From Thermoplasmata archaeon (GTDB lineage: Archaea > Thermoplasmatota > Penumbrarchaeia > JAEHCK01): a stretch of 64,000 nt of DNA. Positions 18,836 through 30,900 of the stretch are shown in pieces. A program made the translations under genes and the position numbers. Each line of letters opens with the position of its first letter. The stretch's first letter is position 1. The notes under the pieces were generated by a model. It saw nothing but the letters and a program-made list of their open reading frames with translations, did no database searches and was not told the DNA's origin. The DNA is taken from positions 10,270 through 74,269 of the forward strand of contig JAEHCK010000003.1 of assembly GCA_020696345.1 (NCBI GenBank), read 5' to 3'.

Positions 18836-21800
18836 ATGGTTTTTAACGCTAATCTCAAAAATAAAGATAGAATAAAAACGAATAAGAGAGTCATTAGGAT
18901 TTTGATCGCAATTATGATGATAATAAGTACGCTAGCCATCATATCGTTAGTATCGTTCAATGCTTCGGCTACGGCGATTCTATCTATAGAGATAAACCCC
19001 TCTGATACTAGCTCGAAAACAATTTATCCGAATGGTCCATCGGTCACTTATCAGATCGATATTACAAATTATGGCCAGGGCGGAAACATCAATGTTACCA
19101 ATTCAACACCACCGACTGGCTGGACATGTTTCCTAGACCAAACACTGGTTTATTTGGATGGTACTGGTGGTTCTACAACAGTCACATTGACCGTGGACTG
19201 CCCAAACACTGCAACCTCGATTTCTAAAGAAGGGCAATACGCCCAGATCATTGTAACTGCAAATGAAGTTGGTGCAGGTCCGGAAAATGCCAAACAAATA
19301 ACGACAACAAGTACAATAGGACAGGAATATAGTCTTAGCCTGGTAAACAAAACTGGAGATCCGTATACCAAATCTCCTGACGAGTTCGGAAAAGCAGAGT
19401 TCGATCTAACCGTTAACAATACTGGAAATGGAAAAGAATATATTACTTGGCAAACAACTGATGCACCAGGCACCGTTGTGATAAGCCCGGGTTATGTCAA
19501 TGCTTTCACAGAAAAGGATTTCAATTTGCGAATAAGTAATATCCCTGAAGATATTACAAAAGGTATTCATTCTACAAAAGTTGTAGCACTTTCAGAAAAT
19601 ACAACCATTTCAGCTGAATTCAATGTTGAGGTATATGTAGAGGCAATATATGACCTTACATTGAATTTGAATGAAACAAAGGCGTATAAAGATGTATTAC
19701 CAGGAGAATCCAATACATTTAATTTTACAGTGACGAACGATGGTAATACCAAGGATAACATGAAAGTGACTACAGGATTTAAATCTGCGGCAGCAGGCTG
19801 GTCGCTATTACTGAATACGCAAAATGAATTTTCTATTAATCAGGATGAAACCAAAGGTATTCAAATTGAAGTAAGCGCCCCATCAAACCAGAGTTATCCA
19901 TTTACTGTGCCTATTTTTGTCAATTGTGGCTCAAAAAGTAACACCAGCATTTTTAAGAATACTACGGTAAATGCAAAAATAGAACAGATCAATAAAATAA
20001 AATTGGACATGCCATTGGTAAAGACGTTAGATATAGATACATTTACTGCCATCTTTCTAATGAATGTTTCGAATACCGGTAATGGTATGGACACTATTAA
20101 TTTCGATCCAATACCGTCTGAACTCTTTCCCGATGATGAGATATGGTCATATGATTTTATATATGATGACACATCTATTTCATCAATCACCATACCTTCA
20201 GACGAAAGTAGGGAAGTTCTTTTAAATTTCACCAGCCCGGAAAACCCGAAAAAGGGCAGTTTTCAGCTGTATATAAACGCGTCTTCAGATAACGACGAAT
20301 CTCAGAAAGTCTCCAAAAAAATTACGATCTCGGTCAAGGACAGGTTTAATATCGAACTGATTTCTATCAGCGGCACTCAACACTCAGCATATCCTGGAGA
20401 AACCATTCCCATACAAATCCAGGGTAAGAACATCGGTAATGTGGAGGGGACTTTTAATCTAAATATAAAAAAGCCCTTTAATGCAATTGAGTGGGAAACA
20501 CCTGTGTTTGAACCCCCAGTATTTTTAAGTATGTCTGTTGATGAGGTCAGACTTTCCTATTTGAACATAACAGTGGATAACGATGCTCAAAAAGGATTCT
20601 ATTTATTTATAGTAAATGCTACTCGGGGTAGTGGACAAGACCTGGAAATATATGACTCATTTGTATTGAATATTTCAGTCAAACGTAAATATGAAGTACA
20701 GTTATCAGTGGATGATCCGGTGTTAAACGCGGTTCCTGGAACCCCTGCAAGTTTTGAATTCACTATTCAAAATAAGGGCACGGGCAGTTGTAATGTGACC
20801 ATGGAAGCCACCATGGGCACTGAAGAGGCAACATGGTTGAATGTCAAGATCTCACCGTCGTCATTCGAACTGCCAACTGCATTGGCCAGTCAAACCGTTT
20901 GGGTAAATGTGACACCATCCGCGTCAAGTCCGTTGGCACCAATGAACCTTTCGGGTGTACAAGTTACTATAACCGCAGATATTACAGAAAAAATCGGTAC
21001 ACCAGATGCTTCAAAAGAAATTAACATTAAGATCAATCAAACATATAGTGTTGAAACCTACGCTGAAACTTTACACATTACTATAAATCCAGGAGAAACA
21101 ACAAATTTCAATGTTACTATTACTAACAAAGGTAACGGTCAGGATTCGTATGGTGTTTATGCCGCGGCAACTCGCTCGGGTTGGGTGGTCACGCCGACGA
21201 AACCAAATACTGAAAAATTAAACCAGGATGATGAAGAAAAGATAATGATCACATTTGAAGTACCAACAAATGAAGTTCCAATTTCTGATACTATCTCGGT
21301 AGAAGTGGTTTCACGGGGAGACGCAACAAAATCTATTATTGAAAATATAACTGTAAAAATCAATATAATCAAAGGCGTAAAACTAACCACTTTGAATAAC
21401 CGCAAAGCTTGTGCACCAGGTAAATTTGTTGTTTTCAATATCACCGTGGAAAATACAGGTACGGTAAATGACACATACAAACTAACCATTTCAGATGCGG
21501 AAAGCTTCATTGATATTCTGGATATGACCTCCGAGATCTATGTTGTAAAGGGTTCTCAAGATTGGGTTGATGTAAAAGTCAGCATTAACGGAAGTGATGT
21601 ATATAAACCATTACCATCTAATACGAATATCACTTTGGAAGCAACCTCGAAAACCAATATAGATATAACCTATGATTTTGTATTATCTCTTACCATCATT
21701 CCTGAAAGAGATGTTGACCTTTCAAGCACCGATCTGGAAAAAGAGGGCGAACCACAAGATATACTGACATTTAATTTTACGGTTACGAACACTGGCACGG

Positions 21801-24800
21801 ACAACGATCTATTCAAAATCAAAGTGATACCCGGTGGGTACTCGCAATATGCAACATTAAGTACCGATAAAACCAGAATGCTCGAATCTAATGAATTCGA
21901 ATATATAGAACTACAAGTTAAAATACCAAAAAGCGCGGCACCAACAGAGCCCACCACGGGAAGAAGCGTGATAGTATACGTATGGTCAGATGAGGACGAA
22001 ACGGCAAATGAGACCATCACTTTAATAACTCATGTCGAACAGGTCTTTAAACTTAAACTCACGACAGTTATTACCACCCAGACACTAGATCCCGGGGAAA
22101 ATACCACTTATCAGGTCAATGTAAAAAATGAAGGTACTGGTATAGATAATATTGAACTTGATTATCAAAAGACCCAACATCCGGAAAATATAAAATCCAT
22201 TTCCTTCAACAAATATTTCTTGACATTATTACCTGGTCAGACAGAATCTGTTATTGTCACCGTTGAGATTGTCAAAGAACCCGAGGAGGGAAAATTATTA
22301 CCAAAGATCGATATTACCGTAACCTCACTGAACGACACTACGGATACACCGGAAACAGATTCAAAAGAGATTCAGGTAGAGATCAATCCAACAGTGGACA
22401 TTGAACTTCAAGTGGACAAGATCAAAAAGGATATAGTACCGAACCTGAGCGGGACTAAGGCAGAAGTAGAGTATACTGTAACGGTCTGGAACCGTGGTCT
22501 AGGCAGTGATTCTTTTGATATCACGGAATATAACAACCACGGATATTTGGTGGAAATAAGCCCGACTACAACTAACAAGATAGACCCGGATCAATCAGCA
22601 GTTGTAACTGTGAAGATCAAAATCGATAACAAAGCATCAATGTCACTTTTAGACTATAACACTACGATAACAGTCACATCCAGGACAAATGATGAAAAAT
22701 CGGATATAATAACATTAAAGACCAAGATAAAACAGGCATATGGTGTAGAACTGCAAGTTCTGGATGATTCGGTGGAGACCGATGATATATTTGTGGGAAA
22801 TAACAGAATAGTGACTTTCTATGTGGATGTTCAGAATATCGGTACTGGTGATGATACATTCAAATTGGAATTGAGCGGTACAAAAGAAAGTTGGGCATCA
22901 CTAAGCAAGAGTTATTTGACCTTAGACTCCAAGGATAACCAAACCGTAACCGTGCGTGTCAAGATACCGCGAGAGAGTGCAATTGGAGATATTTCCATAG
23001 ATTTGAAGGCGATCTCGCGTGGTGATGATGATAAATACGATTCCAGTGATGCATTTGATGAAGATACATTAAAAGTTGAAGTAACCCAGTTCTTCGAAGT
23101 CTCATTAACCACACCAGAAACTTTAATATCAGGGTTGCCGGGTGATAATATTGATTTTACGGTAACCATAACCAATCGTGGTAATGGAGACGACAGCATT
23201 GAAGTGAGGAAGAAGTTATTCGACCCCGATTGGGTGTGGACGATCAGCCCGAGCAAGTTCTCACTTAAAGCCACCGGCGATGGGGATGGTGGCGATATCA
23301 AGGAGATAACCCTGTCCGTGGATATACCCACAGATAAACATGGAAAGAGTGGCTATTACAATATCTCCATATTTGTATATTCCGTTGATACGCCGGAAGG
23401 TCAAATGCTGCAAAATAATGGTGAACCATTGCTCTTCACGGTCAAGGTCGACCCCGAATACGAAGTGGATATGATCTTAGATTATCCGACAACATCAACC
23501 GAAGAGAAAGCCGACCCGGGTAGATCGATTGAATACCAGTTCACGATCAAAAATAAGGGAAATACAGTGGATACTTACACGATCACCGTTAGCGGCGCAA
23601 AATCGGGTTGGGTAAATCTGCCAACCAGATCATTAACCATACAACCATTCAAATCTACAAAATTAAATCTCACGGTTGACATTCCGGCTCTGGGTGATGT
23701 AGATGCGGATGAGATCGAAGCAGACAAATATACAATTACATTCAAGGTAACCTCCGAAGGCGACTCCGATGTTAAGGATGAACAAGATATTCAGCCAAGT
23801 GTGAACAAGAAATATGATATAGTGCTCGAGACTGACGAGTTACAACTCGATGCAAGTGATGCGGGATTGATAACGGTCGATCCTAACATCGAACCCGGTT
23901 ACGAGAGATTCACTCTAACCTTGAAAAATTATGGCAATACCAGGGATACGGTATCACTTTCCACGAGGTCTTCGGATTGGACAGTTAAATTCGATAATCA
24001 GATCTCCAAATCGGTAATTGTTGATCTGGATGCAACAGTATCAATTACCGTAGAGATCTCAGCGCCGGATGATGTGAGTAATGGCGAGACCGAAAAACTC
24101 ACCATCACCGCAAAGTCAGCAGACGGGAAGACCAAAGAGACATTTATTGTAAAGCCAACGATAGAGACCGCAGAGATCAAATTTGGAGAATTAACGATCA
24201 TAGGAGACAAAACGGCCGGTTCAAAAGTAACGGTTAAGCTGATCGTTAGGAATATTGGTGATGTCGACGCTGAAGATGTGGAAATTAAATTCTATGACAA
24301 GGACAAATCAAATGTAATACATACCGAGCTAATTGATAAAATTTCCAAGGAAGGTGAAGAAGTGGTACAATTCACATATGAGATCAAAGAAGGTGACCAT
24401 GATATAAAGGCAGAGAGTGAATGGTTAGGTGAAACCGTCAAACAAAACAATGTATTCTCTGCTGAAAAAGAGCTTCTATCACAAAATACACTTCTTATGA
24501 TCATGATCGTTGGCTTGGTAGTGGTATTTATCGTTGGTGTAATAATTGCTTCAATGTCATATTCACGAGGCATACCGCCGGACCTGAAAGAAGAGATAGC
24601 ATTGGCCAAACAGGCAAAACGCATGGGCAAATCGGAGGAAGAGATCCAGGATATGAGGCGGAAGAGAATGGGGAAAATGGGTGCGGACAAGAAAAAGCCG
24701 GGAATGGGAACGGCGTCTGGATTCGATAAAGAAGTCCCACTACTCCCACCAGGAGAAGAAGAGGAAAAAGAAGCCCCACGCAAAAAAGGCAAAGGTAAAG

Positions 24801-24913
24801 TAATGCGGATCAAGTGCCCAAAATGTGATAAGATACAAACAGTAACTTCTGCTAAACGGCCAATTGAATTTCCATGCACTAACTGCGGTATGAAACTGGT
24901 ATTGAAAAAATAA
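18836..24913 (+). CDS. Giant single-pass surface protein (2,025 aa) with at least 16 CARDB/NEW3-like beta-sandwich repeats, a C-terminal TM helix and a cytoplasmic tail bearing one zinc ribbon
   Basis: A GGAGGT Shine-Dalgarno sequence lies 6 nt upstream of the ATG. The signal/anchor is RILIAIMMIISTLAIISLVSFNASA. The repeat motif PGE-x3-F-x-[FV]-T-[VI]-x-N-x-G-x-x-x-D recurs (VTNDGNTKD, ITNKGNGQD, VENTGTVND, ITNRGNGDD and others). The TM helix LLMIMIVGLVVVFIVGVIIASM is encoded at 24491-24556. The tail ends IKCPKCDKIQTV...FPCTNCGMKL. Confidence 0.85.
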   Translation: MVFNANLKNKDRIKTNKRVIRILIAIMMIISTLAIISLVSFNASATAILSIEINPSDTSSKTIYPNGPSVTYQIDITNYGQGGNINVTNSTPPTGWTCFLDQTLVYLDGTGGSTTVTLTVDCPNTATSISKEGQYAQIIVTANEVGAGPENAKQITTTSTIGQEYSLSLVNKTGDPYTKSPDEFGKAEFDLTVNNTGNGKEYITWQTTDAPGTVVISPGYVNAFTEKDFNLRISNIPEDITKGIHSTKVVALSENTTISAEFNVEVYVEAIYDLTLNLNETKAYKDVLPGESNTFNFTVTNDGNTKDNMKVTTGFKSAAAGWSLLLNTQNEFSINQDETKGIQIEVSAPSNQSYPFTVPIFVNCGSKSNTSIFKNTTVNAKIEQINKIKLDMPLVKTLDIDTFTAIFLMNVSNTGNGMDTINFDPIPSELFPDDEIWSYDFIYDDTSISSITIPSDESREVLLNFTSPENPKKGSFQLYINASSDNDESQKVSKKITISVKDRFNIELISISGTQHSAYPGETIPIQIQGKNIGNVEGTFNLNIKKPFNAIEWETPVFEPPVFLSMSVDEVRLSYLNITVDNDAQKGFYLFIVNATRGSGQDLEIYDSFVLNISVKRKYEVQLSVDDPVLNAVPGTPASFEFTIQNKGTGSCNVTMEATMGTEEATWLNVKISPSSFELPTALASQTVWVNVTPSASSPLAPMNLSGVQVTITADITEKIGTPDASKEINIKINQTYSVETYAETLHITINPGETTNFNVTITNKGNGQDSYGVYAAATRSGWVVTPTKPNTEKLNQDDEEKIMITFEVPTNEVPISDTISVEVVSRGDATKSIIENITVKINIIKGVKLTTLNNRKACAPGKFVVFNITVENTGTVNDTYKLTISDAESFIDILDMTSEIYVVKGSQDWVDVKVSINGSDVYKPLPSNTNITLEATSKTNIDITYDFVLSLTIIPERDVDLSSTDLEKEGEPQDILTFNFTVTNTGTDNDLFKIKVIPGGYSQYATLSTDKTRMLESNEFEYIELQVKIPKSAAPTEPTTGRSVIVYVWSDEDETANETITLITHVEQVFKLKLTTVITTQTLDPGENTTYQVNVKNEGTGIDNIELDYQKTQHPENIKSISFNKYFLTLLPGQTESVIVTVEIVKEPEEGKLLPKIDITVTSLNDTTDTPETDSKEIQVEINPTVDIELQVDKIKKDIVPNLSGTKAEVEYTVTVWNRGLGSDSFDITEYNNHGYLVEISPTTTNKIDPDQSAVVTVKIKIDNKASMSLLDYNTTITVTSRTNDEKSDIITLKTKIKQAYGVELQVLDDSVETDDIFVGNNRIVTFYVDVQNIGTGDDTFKLELSGTKESWASLSKSYLTLDSKDNQTVTVRVKIPRESAIGDISIDLKAISRGDDDKYDSSDAFDEDTLKVEVTQFFEVSLTTPETLISGLPGDNIDFTVTITNRGNGDDSIEVRKKLFDPDWVWTISPSKFSLKATGDGDGGDIKEITLSVDIPTDKHGKSGYYNISIFVYSVDTPEGQMLQNNGEPLLFTVKVDPEYEVDMILDYPTTSTEEKADPGRSIEYQFTIKNKGNTVDTYTITVSGAKSGWVNLPTRSLTIQPFKSTKLNLTVDIPALGDVDADEIEADKYTITFKVTSEGDSDVKDEQDIQPSVNKKYDIVLETDELQLDASDAGLITVDPNIEPGYERFTLTLKNYGNTRDTVSLSTRSSDWTVKFDNQISKSVIVDLDATVSITVEISAPDDVSNGETEKLTITAKSADGKTKETFIVKPTIETAEIKFGELTIIGDKTAGSKVTVKLIVRNIGDVDAEDVEIKFYDKDKSNVIHTELIDKISKEGEEVVQFTYEIKEGDHDIKAESEWLGETVKQNNVFSAEKELLSQNTLLMIMIVGLVVVFIVGVIIASMSYSRGIPPDLKEEIALAKQAKRMGKSEEEIQDMRRKRMGKMGADKKKPGMGTASGFDKEVPLLPPGEEEEKEAPRKKGKGKVMRIKCPKCDKIQTVTSAKRPIEFPCTNCGMKLVLKK

Positions 24914-24993
24914 GATCGTATTCCCAAAAGATATATATTATAGAACAAGTATTTGAGGGAAAGAGAGAATTATTCCGTTCAGGAGGAAGATTA

Positions 24994-27900
24994 TTGACTT
25001 TTTATGGGCCTATTTTTCTTTCGAGTTCTTACAAATTTAGATCACGAAAAAATAACCGGGTTAGACGCAAATTATCCTCGTCATTGGTAATTATTTTACT
25101 ATTTTTTTCGATGATAACGCTGGTTCTACCAAGTTCAAATGTCGCCGCTCAGCGTGATGGGTTCGAATATTTCGTGCCAGTGCCGTATATACAAAGAATA
25201 GACGACGATATGGATGGTTACTTTGAAACTGCCAGGATCCATTATGACGTGGATACCAATGTGGCATATGCTGAGATCAAGGTTGTGTGCTCGGTATACG
25301 ATGACGAGACTGATCAATTAGTAAAAGAGATCTCGGAAACGTATACGATATTTTGGCGGGTGGAGGTCACGGATACGTATATTGATTACAAAACCAGCTA
25401 CTCAGGGACTTTCAATTTTACCTTGGCAGTGTACGATGTTATACACAATAAAAAAGAAAATGGAGGTAATGACTATCCTGTGGAAAATACTACATTAAAA
25501 GTAAACCCATATGGTTACCGCATTGTACCTGATGCCATCGGTTATGATGCAGATGCTGATGGGTATAACGACGACGTGAAGATCATTGTTCGAGATTCTT
25601 ATAATTATACACTTCAAGATGTAGAGATATACATTGACGGTGAATATAAAGGTAAGACCGCTCAAGATGGTACGTTTTTGAAATTCAATTACCCCCGCGG
25701 CGTCCACGAGGTTGATGCATTTTACCATGGCGAACACGGCAATACCGACTTCAAATCGGAGGGTACGGGACAGGAGCTCTCAATTTACGCAGATGCCGAT
25801 CCATTCGATGACGATGGAGATGGGTACATTGATGATGTATTAATTCGCGCCTACGCGTATAATTTCTACCCGCTGCCGAATGCGCAAGTCTACATCGACT
25901 ATTACTATTACGGCACAACTAACCAGGATGGTCTACTTTATGCTTATAATTTTGAGCGTGGATTCCATTATGTGGACATTTATATGCGCAACTTCTGGAC
26001 CAGCACGACCTTCTATGCTGAAGGGCTGAATCAATCGAATGTACAAGAATATTTTGCATGGGTTGAGGCAAGTGTAGTATCCCTGGACAATGGCAATCTC
26101 GCTAATGATATTGATATTTATCTTGATGTGGATGTAGAGGGTGGCAAGACATCAAATGTAACTGTTAATGCAACATTATTTTACGAAAATCGCACGGTTG
26201 CTGCGGAGAGTTCTACGAACTATACGGCTATCGGTTATGAGATCGAAGATGAACATATTTATTTCCATAATGTAACTGCAAATCTTACATATAACCTAAG
26301 GTGCGAGCTATTTGATGATTTTGGGAACTTGGAGGATGTGTGGTATATTTGGGATATTGTTATCCAGATATCGTATGGAATGGTCAATGTTGACAAATTC
26401 GTTTTTGACCTTGATGACGATAATCATCTCAATGATGTGATCTTCTGGGCGCATATTAAAGATGAAGGCTATACCGATGCAAACATCAAAGTGTATTGGG
26501 AAAGTAATAGTACCATGGCACACAATGTTAACACATCACTTGAAAGAGGTTATGCAGTTATAGAAAACATGCAATATTCAAATTATACCTGGGTAGCATA
26601 TGATGGGGATAGTATTGAGATCGACAACGGCACCTTTCGGCTATATGACCGCAACCCATTACGAACGGTTCAGATACGAGTGCAATTACACGACGCCGAT
26701 CGAGATAACTTCTATGATGACTTTAGTATCAGAGCATACGATGAACGAGATGTTCCAGATAATACTGTTTCAGTTATGATAATTGATGCTAAAAATAACC
26801 AGACCGTTGCCCTGGGATTCACATCAGCCCAGACCCCTGGCGGCCCGGGTAGATTTATGGTAGAGGACCTGCAGGAAGGATATTATAGATTTACCGCAAC
26901 TATTTTATTTGGCACATCAGAGTCTTATATCATAAGCACGGGATGGTTTTATTCATATGGTAACAGCACGGAATCAACACATAATTTGAACGCATTTGCA
27001 GTTGGTCTTGACCTGGATAGTGATGGCTATAAGAACGATGTGGAGATTACCATCACCGACCGTAACGGCCAGCCGGTTATGAATGCAATTGTTTATTTCG
27101 ATAATGATTATCAAAACAGCAAAACTACCGATCAAAATGGTATAACATATCGCACGAATTTCACTTTTGGCTGGCATGATGTAAATGTAGTCTTTTTGGG
27201 AATATCCTCGAGTGTCCCAACCGGTGCACAGGCGCACACCAGGTTCTTCTCTGAAGGTCTTAATTATGATGAATATTTCTTTTGGGTTAATTTTAGAACA
27301 ATAAACCTTGATAATGATGACCATTGGAATGATTTAGAAATTTTTATGGATGTGGATGTTGACGAGGATGTTACTGTTGAGGTTAGTGTCGAAGTTGAAA
27401 TCCATTATTCATCTAATGATACCCTATTTGCTCAAGAAATGATTGAATTTGAAATCTTTAGCGCAGTCGGGGAGAGTAATTATGTTTTCATTAATAATCT
27501 AACTTATAACGAATATTTTCATGCAAATTTGACATTGAAGGATAAAGATGGAAATATCGAAGATTATTGGAATAAATCAAAAATTCTTGTTATACCTATT
27601 ACTCCACTTGTAAATATTGATGTATTCTTAGATCAATATAATGACCAGAGTGTGACTACTAATTTCTTATCATTTAATGCCCATATACTAGACATGGGAA
27701 TAGAAAATATTACAATCAGAATTTATTATTTAAGTAATGACACGGAAGTAGCGGAGGTAACTACAAATATTTATGGAGATGCCTGGGTTGGCCAACAGTT
27801 GGAGGATGGTGACTATTATTATATAGCAACCAATAGCACTAATCATACAGCCGAGTATGGAGAAATCAATATTGGCAATCACTCAGCTAGTATTTATGAA

Positions 27901-30900
27901 CTTCTAAGGGACTGGGATAACGATAATTTCCATGATGATTTTTCATATACAGGAAAATATTATAATGTCACACCTATTGGGATAATCCAGGAACACATTA
28001 ACATAACTATCTCTATTTATGATTTACAAGATAATTTGCTGGATCAGGGAAATACTGAAACAGTTTGGCATTTTTATAGTTATAATTATACTGAAGGTTA
28101 TTATAAATTTATAGCTACTTACGAGAGCCAGCGAGTCACCAATGGTACATTTTATTCATATGGCAACGGTTTTAGTAACCGGGCACCCACGGCCATTATT
28201 TCAAAACCGGTTAATAACTCTGAATGGTTAACCACCGAATATATTAATTTCGACGGCTCAACAAGTTCTGACCCTGACTTGGACGTTATTGATTTTTATT
28301 GGACATCTAATATTTCTGGTCCACTTGCTTATAAAGCAACATCTACGCAGAAATTACCTGAAGGCATTCATAAGATCACATTATTTGTTGACGACGACCA
28401 TGGACATAATGTTACCGATTCGGTGACCATAAGAGTAAATTCTCCGGTAATAAACGTGACAAATCAACTGCCAACTGCAAATGCCGGACCTGACCAAGAC
28501 AATGTACCTGTAAATACCAAAGTGACACTTGACGGCTCAGGTTCCTCGGACCCGGATGGGTATATAACGGAGTATAATTGGACATTTGTGTCAGGACCAT
28601 CGACACCGGCACTTAATGATAGTACTTATGTAAAACCCACATTCACCCCAACCACCATAGGAACCTACAAGTGGGAGTTGGGTGTCAAGGATAACAATAG
28701 TGAATGGAGTGTTACTGAAGATGAAGTTATTATTGAAGTGATCGAGAATCAACTACCTATCGTGAATATATCGCTGCCTATTGACATGGCGAAATTCAAC
28801 ACTACCGACACAATCTTCTTCGAGAGCAACGGTACATACGACCCCGATGACGATACAAACGGCAACGGCACCATCGATGGCTCGGAGATAGATAATCTTA
28901 CCTATAGTTGGATTGCAGCGCAGGGTAATGCTACCCCGGTGGAAATCAGCACAAAAGCTTACTTCAATATTTCAGATGTCAATACTCTCCTGGGTACTGG
29001 TGCATTTATTATCAATCTTACGATCTTGGATACATTAGGCGCAAATGCAGGCACCGAGATAGAGATCAATATCTCAAATGTTCCACCGGTTGCGAATATC
29101 ACAACCCCCGAAGAGGGCGAGGTATTCAATAAATTCACACCAATTTATTTGGACGGCACTGCCTCCGAGGATGCGGATAACGATACAACCCAATTGTATT
29201 ATTATTGGCTCGTGGAAAAAGATGGTGTTACGAAATTCACATTTGCAAACACATCAAACCCGGTCATCCAAGAGGGCCTGGAGGAAGGCGATTATACGAT
29301 CACACTCTGGGTGGACGACAGTGTTGAAACCGACCTAGACCTGTTTGATAGAGTACATAATGTTTCTACAATCGTCAACATCTCGGTTGAGAACCGGGCG
29401 CCAGTGCCGAAGTTCAGCATGTATTACCCCGATGATGCCTACCCAAATACGATCAATCTTGGTGAATTAGCATTTTTCAATGCCTCCAAATCAAGTGACC
29501 CGGACGGCGAGCGTGATGAGGCGAACTTCACGTATGCCTGGGACTTCGGTGACGGTATGACCGGATCGGGTATGGTGGTGAATAACAGCTATTCCGGTGA
29601 CGGAGAATTTGATGTTCCCCTAACATACGTTGTCAATTTAACAATAAAAGATTCCGGGAGCGTGCACAATAAAACTGCTTGGACCAACTTGACCATCCGG
29701 ATCAATCGTATCCCGGAGGCGCGTGCGGGTGACGATATCGATGATGCGAGCGCTGGTGAAGATATCTTGCTTGATGGTTCGGGTTCATATGATGAGGATG
29801 GAGACATATTAGACTACCAATGGACATTTGATGAGGAGAATTCCGATAAAGATACGATTTGGAGCACCAGCCCTTATACGAATGTGACTTTTGATGATGC
29901 TGGTGATTATATCGTAATTTTAAATGTATCTGATGGCCTTGGCTGGGCACTTCAGTCGATCACAATTACGGTGACCAAAGCAAATTCAGCACCAATCTGT
30001 GTTGCAGGGGGAGATATCAAAGATGTCGAGATCGATGAAGCAATATTCTTCAGCGGTATCAATTGTTCCGACCTGGATACTGGTGATGTTCTGACATTTA
30101 CCTGGGATTTCGGCGACGACTCATTAACCAAAGAAGGGATCAATGTAACGCACATATATTCGGAGAATGGTGAATATACTGTAACCTTGAACGTAACTGA
30201 CGACCATGGTGCCTGGGCCAATGATACATTGATCGTGACCGTTCGCCCGCCGCCAGCAGTGATCGAGCTGCCATACGATGGCGAAACACTGGAGAAGATC
30301 GTATATATAACTGGAACGACCGGTGGAAATGATATCGACGCCGTGGAAGTACGGATAGGTAAATATGTAACTGAAAACAAAAATAGTTTTGTGGCCGGGC
30401 CATGGCGAATGGCCACACCAATCGATATCGATGACTGGTCAGAATGGAGCTTTGAATGGGACACTACAAAAGATGATGATGCGGAGTATATAATCTCGGT
30501 TCGGGTTACCACTACTTATGGATCTACTTCTCAAATGACCGAAATAGATGTAATCGTGGCAAACGGACCCGAAACAACCGAGCTGAAGGTCACAATAACA
30601 AATCCCGGAAATAGTCAGACCGTGAAAAAGACAGTAACTATCAGCGGCACCACAGAAGGCGACAATATCGTCAAAGTCGAAGTGCAAATAGGCAATGATC
30701 AGTGGGAGCTGGCAAATAACGATGGTGGTGACTGGTCGGCCTGGAGCTATGATTGGGACACAACAAAAGAGATTGATAATAGGAACTATCAGATCACGGT
30801 ACAGGTCACCGATGGTGACGGCAATTACAAAACCGAAATAATTACCGTAAAGGTCCTCAACGCGGCAGCAACCGAACCAGATGAAGATGAAGAAGCCGAA

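Noticed and set aside
24292-24948. A 218-aa minus-strand ORF, plus 29952-30512 (186 aa) and 30439-30945 (168 aa).
   Set aside because: They are antisense to the giant surface-protein genes, have no motifs, and the sense frames are continuous over 6 kb.
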